Position numbers and translations under genes: made by a program. 64,000 nucleotides of DNA from Eledone cirrhosa (lineage: Eukaryota), in the NCBI GenBank assembly GCA_964016885.1, contig OZ024748.1, forward strand, positions 10,230,001 to 10,294,000. The letters are read 5' to 3'. This document shows positions 12,723-44,287 of the stretch, piece after piece (position 1 is the stretch's first letter; every line of letters begins with the position of its first letter). The notes below the pieces were generated by a model. That model was not told where the DNA came from, did not search any database, and saw only the letters and a list, made by a program, of their open reading frames with translations.

Positions 12723-13434
12723 ACAAACGAACAAAGCGGCCGGCGTTATAATAAACGCCGGCTAAACTGATGCGTGCATATATGTGTGTGTACCTGTATG
12801 CATATGTGTATATATATGTATATATATATATATGTATATATATGTGTGTGTATATATATATATATGCATGCTACTGTACGTCTGTATACATATATGTATG
12901 TACGTATACATACATACTTACATTTAAGTAGGTGCCATACTAAGAGTGAGAAATGAAATTTCGTTTTCATTTTTTTCAACTTATCGTTTTCGGTATGCCT
13001 GACCGATTTAACTCACTCAATATGCAAATTGGGCTGCTCGGCCGTTAATTTTCATAAGGAAAGTATATACTTTCGAACGTTCAACTATCTGGCAGATGGG
13101 TGAACGGTGCTGATGATAGCTAACAAGCTTGAAACTAGTACATCGTTCCTGTGTCAGTGCTGAACAAAAAGGTGACGTGGTTGCCTTAACACCGTATGGC
13201 ATAAATTCAGGCTGTTCGCTTTGTTGACAAACAAACGAACAAAGCGGCCGGCGTTATAATAAACGCCGGCTAAACTGATGCGTGCATATATGTGTGTGTA
13301 CCTGTATGCATATGTGTATATATATGTATATATATATATATGTATATATATGTGTGTGTATATATATATATATGCATGCTACTGTACGTCTGTATACATA
13401 TATGTATGTACGTATACATACATACTTACATTTA
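12723..13434 (+). repeat. Inverted copy (~1.4 units) of the 508-bp repeat
   Basis: Reverse complement of the array unit; one substitution noticed (gtcagtgCtgaac vs gtcagtgTtgaac). Confidence 0.95.
13102..13148 (+). ncRNA. Type I hammerhead ribozyme motif (minimal, palindromic helix III)
   Basis: GAACGGUG-CUGAUGA-UAGCUAACAAGCUU-GAAA-CUAG-UA/CAUCGUUC; 8-bp helix I, predicted GUA cleavage after 13140. Confidence 0.88.
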
Positions 13435-17870
<4,436 letters not shown>

Positions 17871-18216
17871 GTCAGGTCACCAGTTGGTGCTACTGGTAAC
17901 ATGTATCCCAGTACAACCTGTCTCATGGTCGGGTCGTTGGCGACTAAACTGGCAACCCCACCAAGGTTTCTTGGTGAGGAGGGTGACTTTGGACATCCTG
18001 CAGGACTAAAAACAAAACCTGTCAAAGGGCAAAGGAGCTCTTAAAAGTCAATGGCCATCCAAAATCACCGGGAGAGATGACCCCTTAGCCTTTGTCAAGG
18101 CAGAATTCTAGGAGAAGGAAAACTCTGATATAACACCTGCAACCCTGATGGTATCCAATGATGTTGACTTGTTCTTCTTTTTGGTAAATATCATCTTGGT
18201 TAAGAGAGTGGGACTG

Positions 18217-18679
18217 GCTTTGTGCAGTGCCTTTGCTCACTATAAAAGCTTCACGGCACAGGCATTGCTTTGTATCTGGAGATCTCTCTGCACTTGTCCT
18301 CACATGGTACCATGGGCCCAGCACTATGTGTCAATAATTGTCACAGGTGTAGTGTTTGTACCAGAGTTTTCAAGTCGCTGGCTGGACTAAAAAGTCACAC
18401 TCGTTCAGCGCTTCGGTAGGGGTTCTCCTACATGGATGTAAAGTAGTGGCCGTACTCGAAAACGAGTTGGCAGCCACCATATGTATGTATATGTATGTAT
18501 GTATGTATATGTATATGTGTATGTATGTGTATGTATGTATATGTATATGTGTATGTATATGTGTGTGTATGTATGTATATATGTGTGTATATGTATGTAT
18601 GTATATGTATATGTATATGTATGTATGTATATGTATGTATGTATGTATGTGTATATGTATGTATATATATATGTATATG

Positions 18680-18710
<31 letters not shown>

Positions 18711-19203
18711 GTATGTGTATGTATATGTATATGTATGTATGTGTATGTGTATGTATGTGTATATGTATGTATGTATGTATGTATGTATATATGTACGTAT
18801 GTATATGTATATGTATGTGTGTATGTATGTATGTATATGTGTATGTATGTATGTATATATGTATGTATGTGTATATGTATGTGTGTGTATATGTATGTAT
18901 GTGTATGTGTATGTATATGTATATGTATATATATATGCTGCTTTGTGCAGTGCCTTTGCTCACTATAAAAGCTTCACAGCACAGGCATTGCTTTATATCT
19001 GGAGATCTCTCTGCACTGGTCGTCACATGGTACCATGGGCCCAGCACTATGTGTCAATAATTGTCACAAGTGTAGTGTTTGTACCAGAGTTTTCAAGTCG
19101 CTGGCTGGACTAAAAAGTCACATTCGTTCAGCGGATTGGTAGGGGTTCTCCTACATGGATATAAAGTAGTGGCCGTACTCGAAAACGAGTTGGCAGCCAC
19201 CAT
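18217..19203. repeat. 264-bp direct duplication (18217-18480 and 18940-19203) separated by a (TATG)n/(TA)n tract
   Basis: gctttgtgcagtgcctttgctcac...gagttggcagccaccat occurs twice with scattered substitutions. Confidence 0.9.
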
Positions 19204-19248
19204 ATATGTATATATATATGTATATATATATATGTATATGTATATATA

Positions 19249-19283
<35 letters not shown>

Positions 19284-19761
19284 ATATATGTATATGTGTA
19301 TATATATATGTATATGTATATATATATGTATATGTATATATATGTATATGTATATATATATGTATATATATATATATATGTATAGTATATATATATATAT
19401 GTGTATAGTATATATATATATATATGTATAGTATATATATATATATGTGTATATATATATATATATGTATAGTATATATATATATATGTATAGTATATAT
19501 ATGTATAGTATATATATATATATGTGTATATATATATATATATGTATAGTATATATATATATATGTATAGTATATATATATATATGTGTATATATATATA
19601 TATATGTATAGTATATATATATATATGTATAGTATATATATATATATGTATAGTATATATATTTATATATGTGTATATATATATATATATGTATAGTATA
19701 TATATATATATGTATAGTATATATATATATGTGTATAGTATATATATATATATATGTATAG

Positions 19762-19792
<31 letters not shown>

Positions 19793-19844
19793 GTATAGTA
19801 TATATATATATATGTATAGTATATATATATATGTATAGTATATA

Positions 19845-20696
19845 CGGGGGTGGGTGTTCAGAAAGTGCAATAACTATGGTAAGAACGGGATGGAAGAAGT
19901 TTAGGGAACTACTACCACTGCTAGCTGCAAAAGGCTTCTCCCTCAGAATGAAAGGCAGACTGTATGATGCGTGTATCCGAACAGCGATGTTGCATGGTAG
20001 CGAGACCTGGGCGCTGAAGGTGAAAGACTTACGTAGATTCGAGAGAAACGAAGCCTGCATGCTCCGATGGATGTGTAACAATAATATACGTGAACGACAA
20101 AGCATAAATGAATTGAGAGAGAGACTGAGCATAAGAGGAATCAAATGCTGTGTGCAGGAGAGGCGGTTGCGCTGGTATGGACATGTGATGCGTATGAAGG
20201 ATGATAGCTGCATAAAAAGGTGCAGAGCACTAGAAGTTGATGGAAACCGCGGAGTGGGGAGACCCAAGATGACCTGGGATGAGGTGATAAAAGCCGACCT
20301 TACCCAATTACACCTCTCAAAGACAATGACACACGACCGTGACTTCTGGCGTCACGCAGTAATACAGAGTACCCGACCTCCCATGGGTACAAGCTGAAGC
20401 ATATAGACAATATTCCCCCACACCCTCCACCGCAAGGTGGTCGTGGAGATGCGACGGAAAAAAAGTACCCAGCCCACACTGTAAAGTGGACGTGTAGGCG
20501 CCACGGAAAAAAAGTACCCAGCACTCACTGTAAATGAGGTTGGTGTTAGGAAGGGCATCCAGCTGTAGAAATCAAGCCAAATCAGTTCTTGTATGAGCAA
20601 GGCATGGTCAGCCGACCAGACACTGCCCACAACAGGACAACCCGTCTAACCCATGCTAGCGTGGAAGAACGGACGTAAAACGGTGATGATGATGAT
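19845..20696 (+). mobile_element. RTE-clade LINE, 5'-truncated 3' fragment with 3' UTR and (GAT)n tail
   Basis: ORF with [10 protein letters not shown]...HGSETW...[12 protein letters not shown]...GRPKMTW, the RTE C-terminal signature. Confidence 0.9.
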
Positions 20697-22039
20697 AAAT
20701 GGCAATTTCTGTCTGCGTGTGTGTGTGTTTGTTTGTGACCCTAAAACTCAAAAACTACCAAACCGATCTCGATGAAACTTGACAAGCTATTGCTTCTACT
20801 CATTTTCAGCTGAGTATACTGGAGCAACATGAAATGAAGTGTTTTACTCAAGAACACAACACGCAACCTAGCAATCGAACCCATGACATAAGTCCAACAT
20901 CCTTACCACTAGGCTACATGCCTCTACTATATATATATATACTTTTTTCCAAAAATAAGTCTCAAAAATCTACCATGCGTCCTGGAGGCCAAAGGTTGTT
21001 TATTATATTTTTTCGAACTTTTGGTTGTCAAAATTAGGGTACAGGGTACGTTTTCGAGGACGAAGCGTCTTTGGCGCCGGGAAATACAATACCTTAACAT
21101 CAATCTGGGTGGCCAGTTACAGTTGGTTTAAACAGAAAGTGGTGAGAGAATTTTGGCCGGATAAAGTCAGTTTAAATGCTAAAGGGTTAAAATGATGAAG
21201 TTGATGAGACAATGAATGGAGGGGAGCTGTGCTGGAATAAATCCACAAATAAACAAGCGTGGCATGAAAGAATGATGATATAACTATATTTCTCTATGTC
21301 AGAGGTAAAAATACAATTTTAAAATGTTTCAAAATTGGCATTTGAACAATAATTAATTTCATTTTTGTTCTGCTGCCATAATGGATAAAATGATTTACAT
21401 TCAGCAAGATAGGAAATGTCTCTTTGAATGGGGACCAAGGAGGTGGGGGGAGAGGGGGGAGAGAAATTTAGTTCAGTTTGTAATTGTCACTAATTGCTTA
21501 GTTTGTAATGAGCAACAAAGCAGTAATATAAAATAAACGAACTACAAAAGGTAATGATCTTTAATTAGTTAGACCTCATGTCGGTCGGAGAAGTAATTTT
21601 TATTGTTGTCGCCTCTAATGGGTTTCTTGTGGTGGAGGTGGTGGTGGTGGTAGTGGTAGCAATGTGGTAGTTGTGGGGGTAAAGGTGGTGGTGTGGTAGG
21701 TGGGTAAAGGTGGCGGAACTGATGTACTGGTGGTGTGGTGATAATGGAGGTGGGGGTAAAGGTAGTAGAGCTGATGTACTGGCAGTGTGGGGATATTGGT
21801 GTTGGTGGTGATGGTAAAAGTAATAGTAGTTGTCGTGGGTGGATAGGTTGCAGGGTTTTTTTTTTTATTCGTTTATTTATTGCGGAGGAGGGGGGGGGGG
21901 GGTTTAATTGGCCGTATATGTACTCAAAGCTTTACCCCTTACCTACAATTGTATGTGTGCGTAATCACACACACACACACCATTCACATGCACGCATAGA
22001 CACACGTTTGTATATATTTTGAAATATATGTCCATGTGC

Positions 22040-22098
<59 letters not shown>

Positions 22099-22533
22099 CT
22101 GTGTATAATTTGCTAATATACATATCTATGTATTTGTGTGTGCAAATGTATATTTGTATCTGTATATTTATGTTTGTGTGTGTATGGATGTGTAAGAATG
22201 TTTGTACAGTGTATATGTGGGTATATAATGTACATACACTTTACAGTATAGGTGTGTGTGTGTATATATACAACCAGTGTAATCTCAGTAAACGTTGACA
22301 TATATTCAACAGTGTCTCTGATTTGACATTTTCGTCTTGTCTTTTGGAGATAGCAGTACCATGTTAACTTCGGTAAATATAACAATCATTATTATTAGCT
22401 TTGCCTTTCATCCTTACAGGGTCGATAAAATAAAGTACCAGTAATACACTGGGGTCAATTTAATCGATTTGACCCTCCCTCCAAAATTGTTGACCATGTT
22501 GCTTAAATCAGAAACCATTATTATTATTAATAC

Positions 22534-22601
<68 letters not shown>

Positions 22602-23248
22602 ACACTGTAAATGTGGTTGGCGTTAGGCAGAGCACCCAGCCATAGAAAACCGAGACGCGGTCGCCCAACACAACTTGCCTTAGAATAGGACCCATCTAAC
22701 CCATGCTGTCATGGAAGATGGTCGTTAATCGATGATGATATATATATGGGCAGGATATCTGTAGATTAAAGACCAAGGAAAACAATGGTCAATCTGTTGC
22801 AAGAGAGTTTATTTAGTCTATTTAAAATTTCATACACTTAACATGGATCTGCTACCATAGGTTTTGGGATCCAGTGGAGAGCCCAGTTTTGAAATGGCCC
22901 CTCCACTATACAGTGGTGGTCATAACTGGACCCTGAAATCTAAAGTTGCACATATATGTTAAGTATGAAATTTTAAATATACATTATATACATACATATA
23001 TATATTTATATATATATATATACATGTATATATGTGTATGTATATATATATATATCATCATCATCATGTAACATCTTTTTTCTCATATATACGTGTATAT
23101 ACACATATATATATACACATATATATACACATATATTTTCAAAGGCCAGGATTACTTAAGAAATATATACACATATATATACATACATATATATATATAC
23201 ATATATATATACATATATATATACATATATATATACATATATATATAC

Positions 23249-23293
<45 letters not shown>

Positions 23294-23324
23294 CATATAT
23301 ATATACATATATATATATACATAA

Positions 23325-24626
23325 TCAATGGCCGAGCTAGAGAAGAAATTCCAAACATGGAAGCACGGCCTAGAATCAAAAGGCCTTAAAATTAACCTAA
23401 AGTACTAGTTTGTAGGAAAGAAAATAAGGCGGCGGTCCCTTCTGGGAAATAGTCGTGCTCGGTGTGTAGGAAAGGCGTAGGTAGAAACTCCATTTTATGT
23501 CCTAAATGCAAAGTATGGGTGCATAAAAGATGTAGTGGGATCACAGGTAAGCTAACTAAGAACATAGATTTTACATGTGGCCGGTGCTCTGGTGCAATAA
23601 GTAGCAGCATGTGCCCACAAAATACTAGCTCTTTCAATTGCGCAGAGGGTTCTATAGAAATAGTGGACAGTTTCCGTTACCTGGGTGATAAAATCAGCAG
23701 TGGGGGAGGGTGCTCTGAAAGTACAGTAGCTAGAGTCAGAACTGGTTGGAAAAAGTTCAGAGAGCTTATACCACTATTAGCTACTAAAGGGTTCTCCCTA
23801 AAAATGAAAGGCTGGTTGTACGATGCCTGCATACGAACAGCAATGTTGCATGGCAGTGAGACCTGGGCATTGTGTGCAGAGGATATACGCAGACTAGAGA
23901 GGAACGAAGCTTGCATGCTCCGCTGGATGTGTAACAGTAATATACGTGAACGGCAAAGCATAAACGAACTAAGGAAAAAATTAGAAATAAGAGGGATCAG
24001 ATGTTGTTTACTCGAGAGAAGGCTACGTTGGTATGGACACGTGATGCGCATGAAAGTCGATAGCTGTATAACAAAGTGCAGGGCAATAAAGATAGACGGT
24101 AGCCACGGAATAGGCAGACCTAGAAAAACCTGGGACGAGCTGATAAACTCCGACCTCACACACTTACACCTCTCCAAGACAATGTGACTGGACCGAGACC
24201 TTTGGCGGTACTCAGTAACAGAGAAGACCCGCCTTACCTAAATACATAGTAAAACCTACTACAGCCAGTAGGCATCTCTAACAAAATACCCCCCCCCCGT
24301 CCCACCACCCCCACCCCATCCACACCACCCCGTTCTATGTAAAGTTATGTTGGTGCCACACCATCCAGGCCGAAACAAATGAGATCGTGTAGGTGTCACG
24401 ACAAAAAAACACACAGTCCACGCTGTAATGTGGCCGTGTAGGCAACACGGTAAAAACCTCCCAGACCCACACTGTAAATGTGGTTGGTGTTAGGAAGGGC
24501 ATCCAACTGTAGAAAACCTGCCAGACAGTCCTATGCGAGCAAGACAATCACTCTTGCCTCAAGTGGGACTACCCCCGTCCAAACCCATGCAATTGTGGAA
24601 CACGGACGTTAAACGTTGATGATGAT
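23325..24626 (+). mobile_element. RTE-clade LINE 3' fragment with a PHD-like zinc finger; contains stops
   Basis: CSVC...CPKCKVWVHKRC...CGRC, then VDSFRYLGD...HGSETW...[12 protein letters not shown]...GRPRKTW; (GAT)n tail. Confidence 0.9.
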
Positions 24627-25065
24627 ATATATATATATATACATATATATGTATATGTATATATATGTATATATATATATATGTATATATATGTATATAT
24701 GTATATATATATGTATATATATGTATATATATATATATGTATATATACATATATATACATATATGTACATATATATATATACATATATATTAGTTCCAAC
24801 AGTGACATATACATGTACACTTAAATTTCTCATCCAACTCATTCAGTCTGTTATATAAAGAAAGGTCTATACATATATATATATATAGTGTATATAAAGA
24901 AAGGTCTATATATATATATATATATAGTGTATATAAACAAAGGTCTATATATATATATATATAGTGTATATAAACAAAGGTCTATATATATATATATATA
25001 TATATATAGTGTATATAAACAAAGGTCTATAGTGTATATAATGTATATTGTTTTGTGTGTTACAG

Positions 25066-39229
<14,164 letters not shown>

Positions 39230-40435
39230 ATGTGAAAAAGGCTGTCTTCCTTTAAAATGACATGATGATACCAGTAATATCAACACGGACACATGAGTAA
39301 TATCTACAGTATATTAACATGACAGTTAGTGATATCAGCATGGATAGACACACTTGGTGTTATTGACAAATATCAACATGAAGGCTCATGCTGATATGAA
39401 TACTACCAACATGGACAGCTTGTAATATTAGCAGTAGCAACATGTCAACACTGTGTGATATCTAAATATATCATTGCAACACTCATTGCTACCAATAAAA
39501 TATATCAACATGGACACTTGGGGAATATCAGTAATATTATATGTTGTTGGACATGAGGACATATGAATTCAACAATGACGCAGTTTATATATGGATATCA
39601 CCTATATTTTGTTATAAATAGATACGTGGTGATATTAACAATATCAACATAAAGACACTTGATGATATCAATATATCAAGATAGAGATACATGGTGATAT
39701 TAGTAATAACAACATAAAATACATTTGATGATATCAAGATAGCAATATATGGTGATATTAACAATATCAACATGGATAGTACATGATATTAATAATATCA
39801 TGTTATACATGGAAACCTGGGGATGATATCAATGTTATGTTGTACATGGAGACTTTTTAATTCAAATTATGAAGGAACACTGGTGAGATCAACAACAATA
39901 CACTGTTCTAAACAGACAGATATTGATACCAGTAATATCAATGGGATGAGAGACATTTGGTGGTATTAACAATATTAACATGTGCTATCTTGATATCATG
40001 GATTATTTATATAACAACAATATTATATTGCACAAAGGCACTGCAGTGCATGAACACTTGATATTATATTGTACATAGATAGTGATATTGGTAATACATG
40101 GACAATTGGTGATACCAAACAGATCACTATATATACACACGTATGATTGGTTATATCAAATATGCGTTATATATATATGTGCAATTTGTGATATCAATAT
40201 ATAATGGTATATATATATAGATATATATGTATAATGATTGATATATATATATATATATACACATACACAAACACATGTGCAATCACAGTAATATCAAAAA
40301 TATGTTGTATATACGCGAACAGTTGTTGATATCCAAAAATGTTATTTATACCTGGACAGTTGGTGATATATCACACAGTACATCATGTTATATATATATG
40401 GATGGATTCCCAATGTATATCTGGAGGATATATAT

Positions 40436-40476
<41 letters not shown>

Positions 40477-41414
40477 CAATTGGATGATATCAAACAACAT
40501 ACCATATTTTGTGTGTGTATATATATATATGTTTAAATTTGGTGGTTCATCACTGGGTAGAATTGGTCAATGTTTACCATGATGTAATGGTAGGAAAGCA
40601 CTCAACATTGCGCAACTCATGCCCAGCCTCCTGTCATTTTACTTTATGATATATATATATATATATATATAAATGTGTGTGTGTGTGTATATGAATGTTT
40701 GATATCAGTATATTTAAAACAAACAAGGACACTGCCTGATATTCTTTCTCTCATGAAACTCCTGCTATCCCTCCTTCTCTCTCTTTCTCTCCTCACCTCC
40801 CCCTCTTCCCCCATACATGAACTGTGATACAAACCTGGTGTTGAGGATCTTTCTTTCTTTTTTTTCTTTTTACTTTGTTTTCTTCTTTTTCATCTTCAAT
40901 TCTCTGAAGACTTTTTTTTCATCTGTTTCCTTTCCATGACTAATTAATAAAAGATTAATTATAACGACGATGAGGGTGATGGTGATGGAGGTGGTGCTGG
41001 TGGTGGAGGTGGTGATGGTGATCATCATCATCATCATCATGATTGTTATGATGATCATGCTGATGATGATAATCCACTGTAAAATGTTTAGAAATTATAT
41101 TGAAGAAAAAAAAAGACCAAAAGCGTCTTTCTTTCTTTTTCTTTTATTTGTCTTCTCCTCCTTCACCCCCCCCCCCCTTTAATTTTTTTTTATTTATTTT
41201 ATTTTTTTTTGTGTTTCTTCTCTGTCAGTGAAGCTACAGTGTGTAGAACAATCTTAGACTCTCACACACATATATACATACAGAGATCAATGTGGGGTCT
41301 CATATATATATATATACACGTAAACATTTACTTATTCATATCAACATACACTTGTACACTGAAACACACACATATATATATATATTTATATGTACATACA
41401 CAGCAATTTGGGGT

Positions 41415-41455
<41 letters not shown>

Positions 41456-41634
41456 CACTTGCACACTGAAACACACACACACATATATATATATATATAT
41501 TCACAGAGCAATCTTAGGCTCTCATGCACACTCACACACAGACATACACACCCACAGACACTCTCATATAGACATACACTTGTACACTAACACACATATA
41601 TATACACACTGAACAACCTTAGGCTCTCATACGC

Positions 41635-41669
<35 letters not shown>

Positions 41670-42289
41670 TAAACATACACACACAAACACACACAACTAT
41701 TTTGGGCTCTCGTATTTACACACACAGAAGAACACAAGACACATGTTTGTTTTGTTTTTTTTTTCACTGGAAATGACCACTACACATTAATGTCTAAGAT
41801 GTGGTGATGATGATGATGATGGAAGATGTGTTCTCTCTCTCTCTCTCTCTCTCTCTTTTCTTCCTCACCCTGCCTCTTTCCTTTACACATATTTCCCACA
41901 ATAATTTAATTTTAAAAGAAAAATTAATAGAAATAATAAAAAATTGGAATATAAAAATTGAAAGAAAAACATTTTTTAATGAATAAAAACCAAAAATTAT
42001 ATTAAAAAAAAATTTAGAACAATTTTTTTGTATATTTCCTTTTTTTTTCTTCAGAAAGAGCAACATGAAATAAAGTGTCTTGCTCAAGGTCATAATATAT
42101 TGCCCAGTTCAGGAATTGAACTCATAACCTCATGTTTGTAAATCCAATTCTCTTACCACAGATATGTTAATTTTGCAGAAAAGGAGTAGACAGAAATTCT
42201 ATTCAGTGCACCGAAAGTAAATTTTAGGTGCACAATAGATGTAGCAGGATCCCAGGCAGATAGTAAGAGCACCAGTGAAATAAACTCTT

Positions 42290-43100
42290 TCCAATCTAAG
42301 GAAGGCTTCACTGAAATAGTTGATAGCTTCTGTTACCTCGGTGACTCCAAAAGCATAGTAGTCAGAATATGAATAGGGTGGGAAAACTTCAGGGAGTTAC
42401 TATATCTGCTGGCAACAGAATAATGGGGTAGATTATATGACACTTTGCATACAAAGTGTTGTGATGTATGTAGTGAGATATGGACATTGAATGTAGAGGA
42501 TGTGCAATGATTAGAAAGATATAATGCTAGTATGCTTTGCTGAATGTATAATGTTAGTGGTGTGCATGAACGACAAAACATGCATGAGTTGAGAGAAAAG
42601 CTGAGTATAAAAGAAGACTGTGCTTGTATGGACACATGATGTGTATAAAATAATAATGAAAATTATTGTGTACAGTGCTCAGGGGCACTACAACACATCA
42701 AAGGTGCATGTATAGTACATAGAATAATGTACAAATGTCAGGAAAGTGAACAGTGTATGAGTCATGATATACACACAGATACATGTGTGCATGTGTATGA
42801 AGGGGGAATATCAGGTGTAGTGTTGATGAATTTCGGGAAGTGTGGGAGTGTTGAAGGATGCAGTGTCCTGATAGCTAACAAATGGTGCATATGGATGATG
42901 TTTGCTGGGCAAAGAATTACTAGTTACTGTTGAAAGCAAGCTGTAAAAGATGAAAATCTAGGTAAAAATAAAAAGAACTTACCTTAAAATACTGAATCTC
43001 ACAGAGGAGATGACAAAGGAATACAAGTGGAGCAAAGTTATGATGAAAGACTTGTCCAATCCATGAAAGTATGGAAAACTAGACATAAAATAATGATCAT
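42290..43100 (+). mobile_element. Highly degraded RTE LINE fragment
   Basis: Nucleotide similarity to the 23650-24100 copy (gaaatagttgatagcttctgttacctcggtgac; gggtgggaaaacttcagggagttactat), with many stops. Confidence 0.7.
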
Positions 43101-43206
43101 ATATTCCTGCCTGTTTATATATATGTGGGTGTGTATATATATATATATATATATATGGTATGAAGTTATCTCTTGTATGTATTACTCTTGAAACTTATAA
43201 CAATAT

Positions 43207-43300
43207 ATAAATTCCTGAAGATATGTAGAGTGGTGGACTGATGCCTTGGTATGTCATGGTATGGCCTGCTGTTATACACTGAAACTTATGTAGGACTATA
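43207..43300 (+). ncRNA. Degenerate hammerhead-like motif
   Basis: UUC-CUGAAGA-(59 nt)-GAAA-CUUAUG-UA/GGA; helices imperfect. Confidence 0.4.
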
Positions 43301-44201
43301 ATTATGTTTTAAGTATCACTTGGTTATTCTCTCTCCATTTATTTTATATATATATATAATAGTAATAACCGAAAGATATAACTCTATAGCATCACTATTT
43401 ATTTCATAGAGTTGTATCTTTCATTTATTACTATTATCATCATAATACTCCAGATAAATTTTAACTGTTGAGTGCTTTGTATCTGTTATGAACATAACAC
43501 AGTTGATTTCATATGAACAAAGTCTTTAACTCATTGTTTATATATATATATATATATATATATGTATTGCTAGCGTGGAAGATGGACGTTAAATGATGAT
43601 GATGATATATATATGTATGTGTTATATGTATATAATAATAATAATAAAAAGGGCGATTTGTTATGTCTTCATTACATTTATTGAGGAGTTTTGCTATTGA
43701 TCAGCTCAAGCTTCAATGTGTATTGATCTCGCCCAACTCTGTAATCAAAAGTTCATCGGACTTCTGTTGTGGTAATGAGAGAGTGCTAACTGTGGTGAAC
43801 TATCAGTAACTGGACATTACAATCCCTATATATATATATTTATTTATTTAGGGATTGTACTGTCCAGTTAGTGTAGGTTTATATATATATATATATGCTG
43901 ATACCCATCTTTTTCCATTCAGTGGGTTGATATGCCCTATTATTAGACTATTTTACTTAGTCAAAAAGTTATGGTGAAACTTCTATTTCAATTACATAAT
44001 CATCATCATCGTTTAACGTCTATCTTCCACGCTAGCATGGGTTAGACGGGAATTGTCCTACTCGAGGCAAGTTTGGTCAGGTGACTATATCTAGTTCGTA
44101 TAGGACTATCTGGCAGGTTTTCTACGGCAGGATGCCCTTCCTAACACCATATATATATACATATATATTTTCACCTTCTACCTCAACACTATAAGATGTG
44201 T

Positions 44202-44244
44202 CTGTTGATGATGGATTAAAAATTCCTGAAATACATGTATACAG
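44202..44244 (+). ncRNA. Hammerhead-like motif with C3U core change
   Basis: CUG-UUGAUGA-UGGAUUAAAAAUUCCU-GAAA-UACAUGUA-UA/CAG. Confidence 0.55.
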
Positions 44245-44287
44245 CGTTCTTACACGGATGCTGAGTCAGCTGTGATATAGCCACAGC

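Noticed and set aside
7435-13202. Repeated 60-77 aa ORFs (MPYGVKATT..., MKKMKTKF...)
   Set aside because: They recur only because the 508-bp unit recurs, some copies are frameshifted, and no protein motif is recognisable. The RNA structure explains the unit better.
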